The notes under the pieces: model-generated
Seen by the model: only the letters and a program-made list of their open reading frames with translations
The model's database searches: none
Told to the model about the DNA's origin: nothing
Made by a program: the position numbers and the translations under genes
DNA from: Eledone cirrhosa
Lineage: Eukaryota
Assembly: GCA_964016885.1 (NCBI GenBank)
Contig: OZ024742.1
Coordinates: 225,742,001 to 225,806,000, forward strand
DNA: 64,000 nucleotides
Reading direction: 5' to 3'
Shown here: positions 62,512 through 64,000 of the stretch, in pieces
Position numbering within the stretch: position 1 is the stretch's first letter
How the letters are laid out: every line of letters begins with the position of its first letter

Positions 62512-63812
62512 ATCATCATCATCATCATCATCAACGTTTAACGTCCGTGTTCCACGCTTGCATGGGTTTGGACGGGGGTAGTCCCACTTGAGGCAAGAGT
62601 GATTGTCTTGCTCGCATAGGACTGTCTGGCAGGTTTTCTACAGTTGGATGCCCTTCCTAACACCAACCACATTTACAGTGTGGGTCTGGGAGGTTTTTAC
62701 CGTGTTGCCTACACGGCCACATTACAGCGTGGACTGTGTGTTTTTTTGTCGTGACACCTACACGATCTCATTTGTTTCGGCCTGGATGGCGCGGCACCAA
62801 CATAACTTTACATAGAACGGGGTGGTGTGGATGAGGTGGGGGTGGTGGTGGTGGGACGGGGTGTATTTTGTTAGAGATGCCTACTGGCTGGAGTAGGTTT
62901 TACTATATATTTAGGTAAGGCGGGTCTTCTCTGTTACTGAGTACCGCCAAAGGTCTCGGTCCAGTGACATTGTCTTGGAGAGGTGTAAGTGTGTGAGGTC
63001 GGAGTTTATCAGCTCGTCCCAGGTTTTTCTAGGTCTGCCTATTCCGTGGCTACCGTCTATCTTTATTGCCCTGCACTTTGTTATACAGCTATCGACTTTC
63101 ATGCGCATCACGTGTCCATACCAACGTAGCCTTCTCTCGAGTAAACAACATCTGATCCCTCTTATCTCTAATTTTTTCCTTAGTTCGTTTATGCTTTGCC
63201 GTTCACGTATATTATTGTTACACATCCAGCGGAGCATGCAAGCTTCGTTCCTCTCTAGTCTGCGTATATCCTCTGCACACAATGCCCAGGTCTCACTGCC
63301 ATGCAACATTGCTGTTCGTATGCAGGCATCGTACAACCTGCCTTTCATTTTTAGGGAGAACCCTTTAGCGGCTAATAGTGGTATAAGCTCTCTGAACTTT
63401 TTCCAACCAGTTCTGACTCTAGCTACTGTACTTTCAGAGCACCCTCCCCCACTGCTGATTTTGTCACCCAGGTAACGGAAGCTGTCCACTATTTCTATAG
63501 AACCCTCTGCGCAGTTGAAGGAGCTAGTATTTTGTGGGCACTTGCTGCTACTTATTGCACCAGAACACCGGCCACATGTAAAATCTATGTTCTTAGTTAG
63601 CTTACCTGTGATCCCACTACATCTTTTATGCACCCATACTTTGCATTTGGGACACAAAATGGAGTTTCTACCTACGCCTTTCCTACACACCGAGCACGAC
63701 CATTTCCCAGAAGGGACCGCCGCCTTGTTTTCTTTCCTACAAACTAGAACTTTGGTCTTAGCCAGGTTAATTTTAAGTCCTTTTGACTCTAGGCCGTGCT
63801 TCCATGTTTGGA
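62512..63812 (-). mobile_element. RTE LINE 3' portion with 3' UTR, truncated at a (TA)n tract
   Basis: ORF 62911-63812 has the PHD-like cluster, FRYLGD, LHGSETW and RRLRWYGHV; tail GGACGTTAAACG(TGA)n. Confidence 0.92.
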
Positions 63813-63918
<106 letters not shown>

Positions 63919-64000
63919 AAATATTTGAATCAACGTACCTGTTTTTTTGATATTTCCTGCTAATTCATTATTGGTTGTTAACCGATTAGCATTTAAACCG

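Overview
AT-rich animal genomic DNA. The SINE, RTE and microsatellite landscape looks like an octopod cephalopod (inference, not verified). The main feature is the 5' part of a + strand multi-exon gene that I recognise as HYDIN (ciliary central-pair protein). I traced 26 GT-AG coding exons from about 5068 to 56226 that splice with consistent phases into an open frame of about 1,475 aa; the gene continues past the window. Introns and the upstream region are full of repeats: RTE LINEs (with a PHD-like finger), a CR1 LINE, CRE-clade fragments, two tRNA-derived SINE families, non-autonomous Helitrons, MITEs and minisatellites. Most notable observations: (1) a full-length U6 snRNA copy fused to the 3' tail of the CR1 LINE family found in this window; (2) hammerhead-ribozyme-bearing, Penelope-like inserts sitting in (TA)n tracts, one forming a ~740-bp inverted repeat; (3) a structured 48-bp unit from the RTE 3' UTR that repeatedly expands into arrays, one with 34 copies; (4) SINEs at the same nucleotide of two different Helitron copies. 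All calls were made by eye from the sequence; no searches were run.
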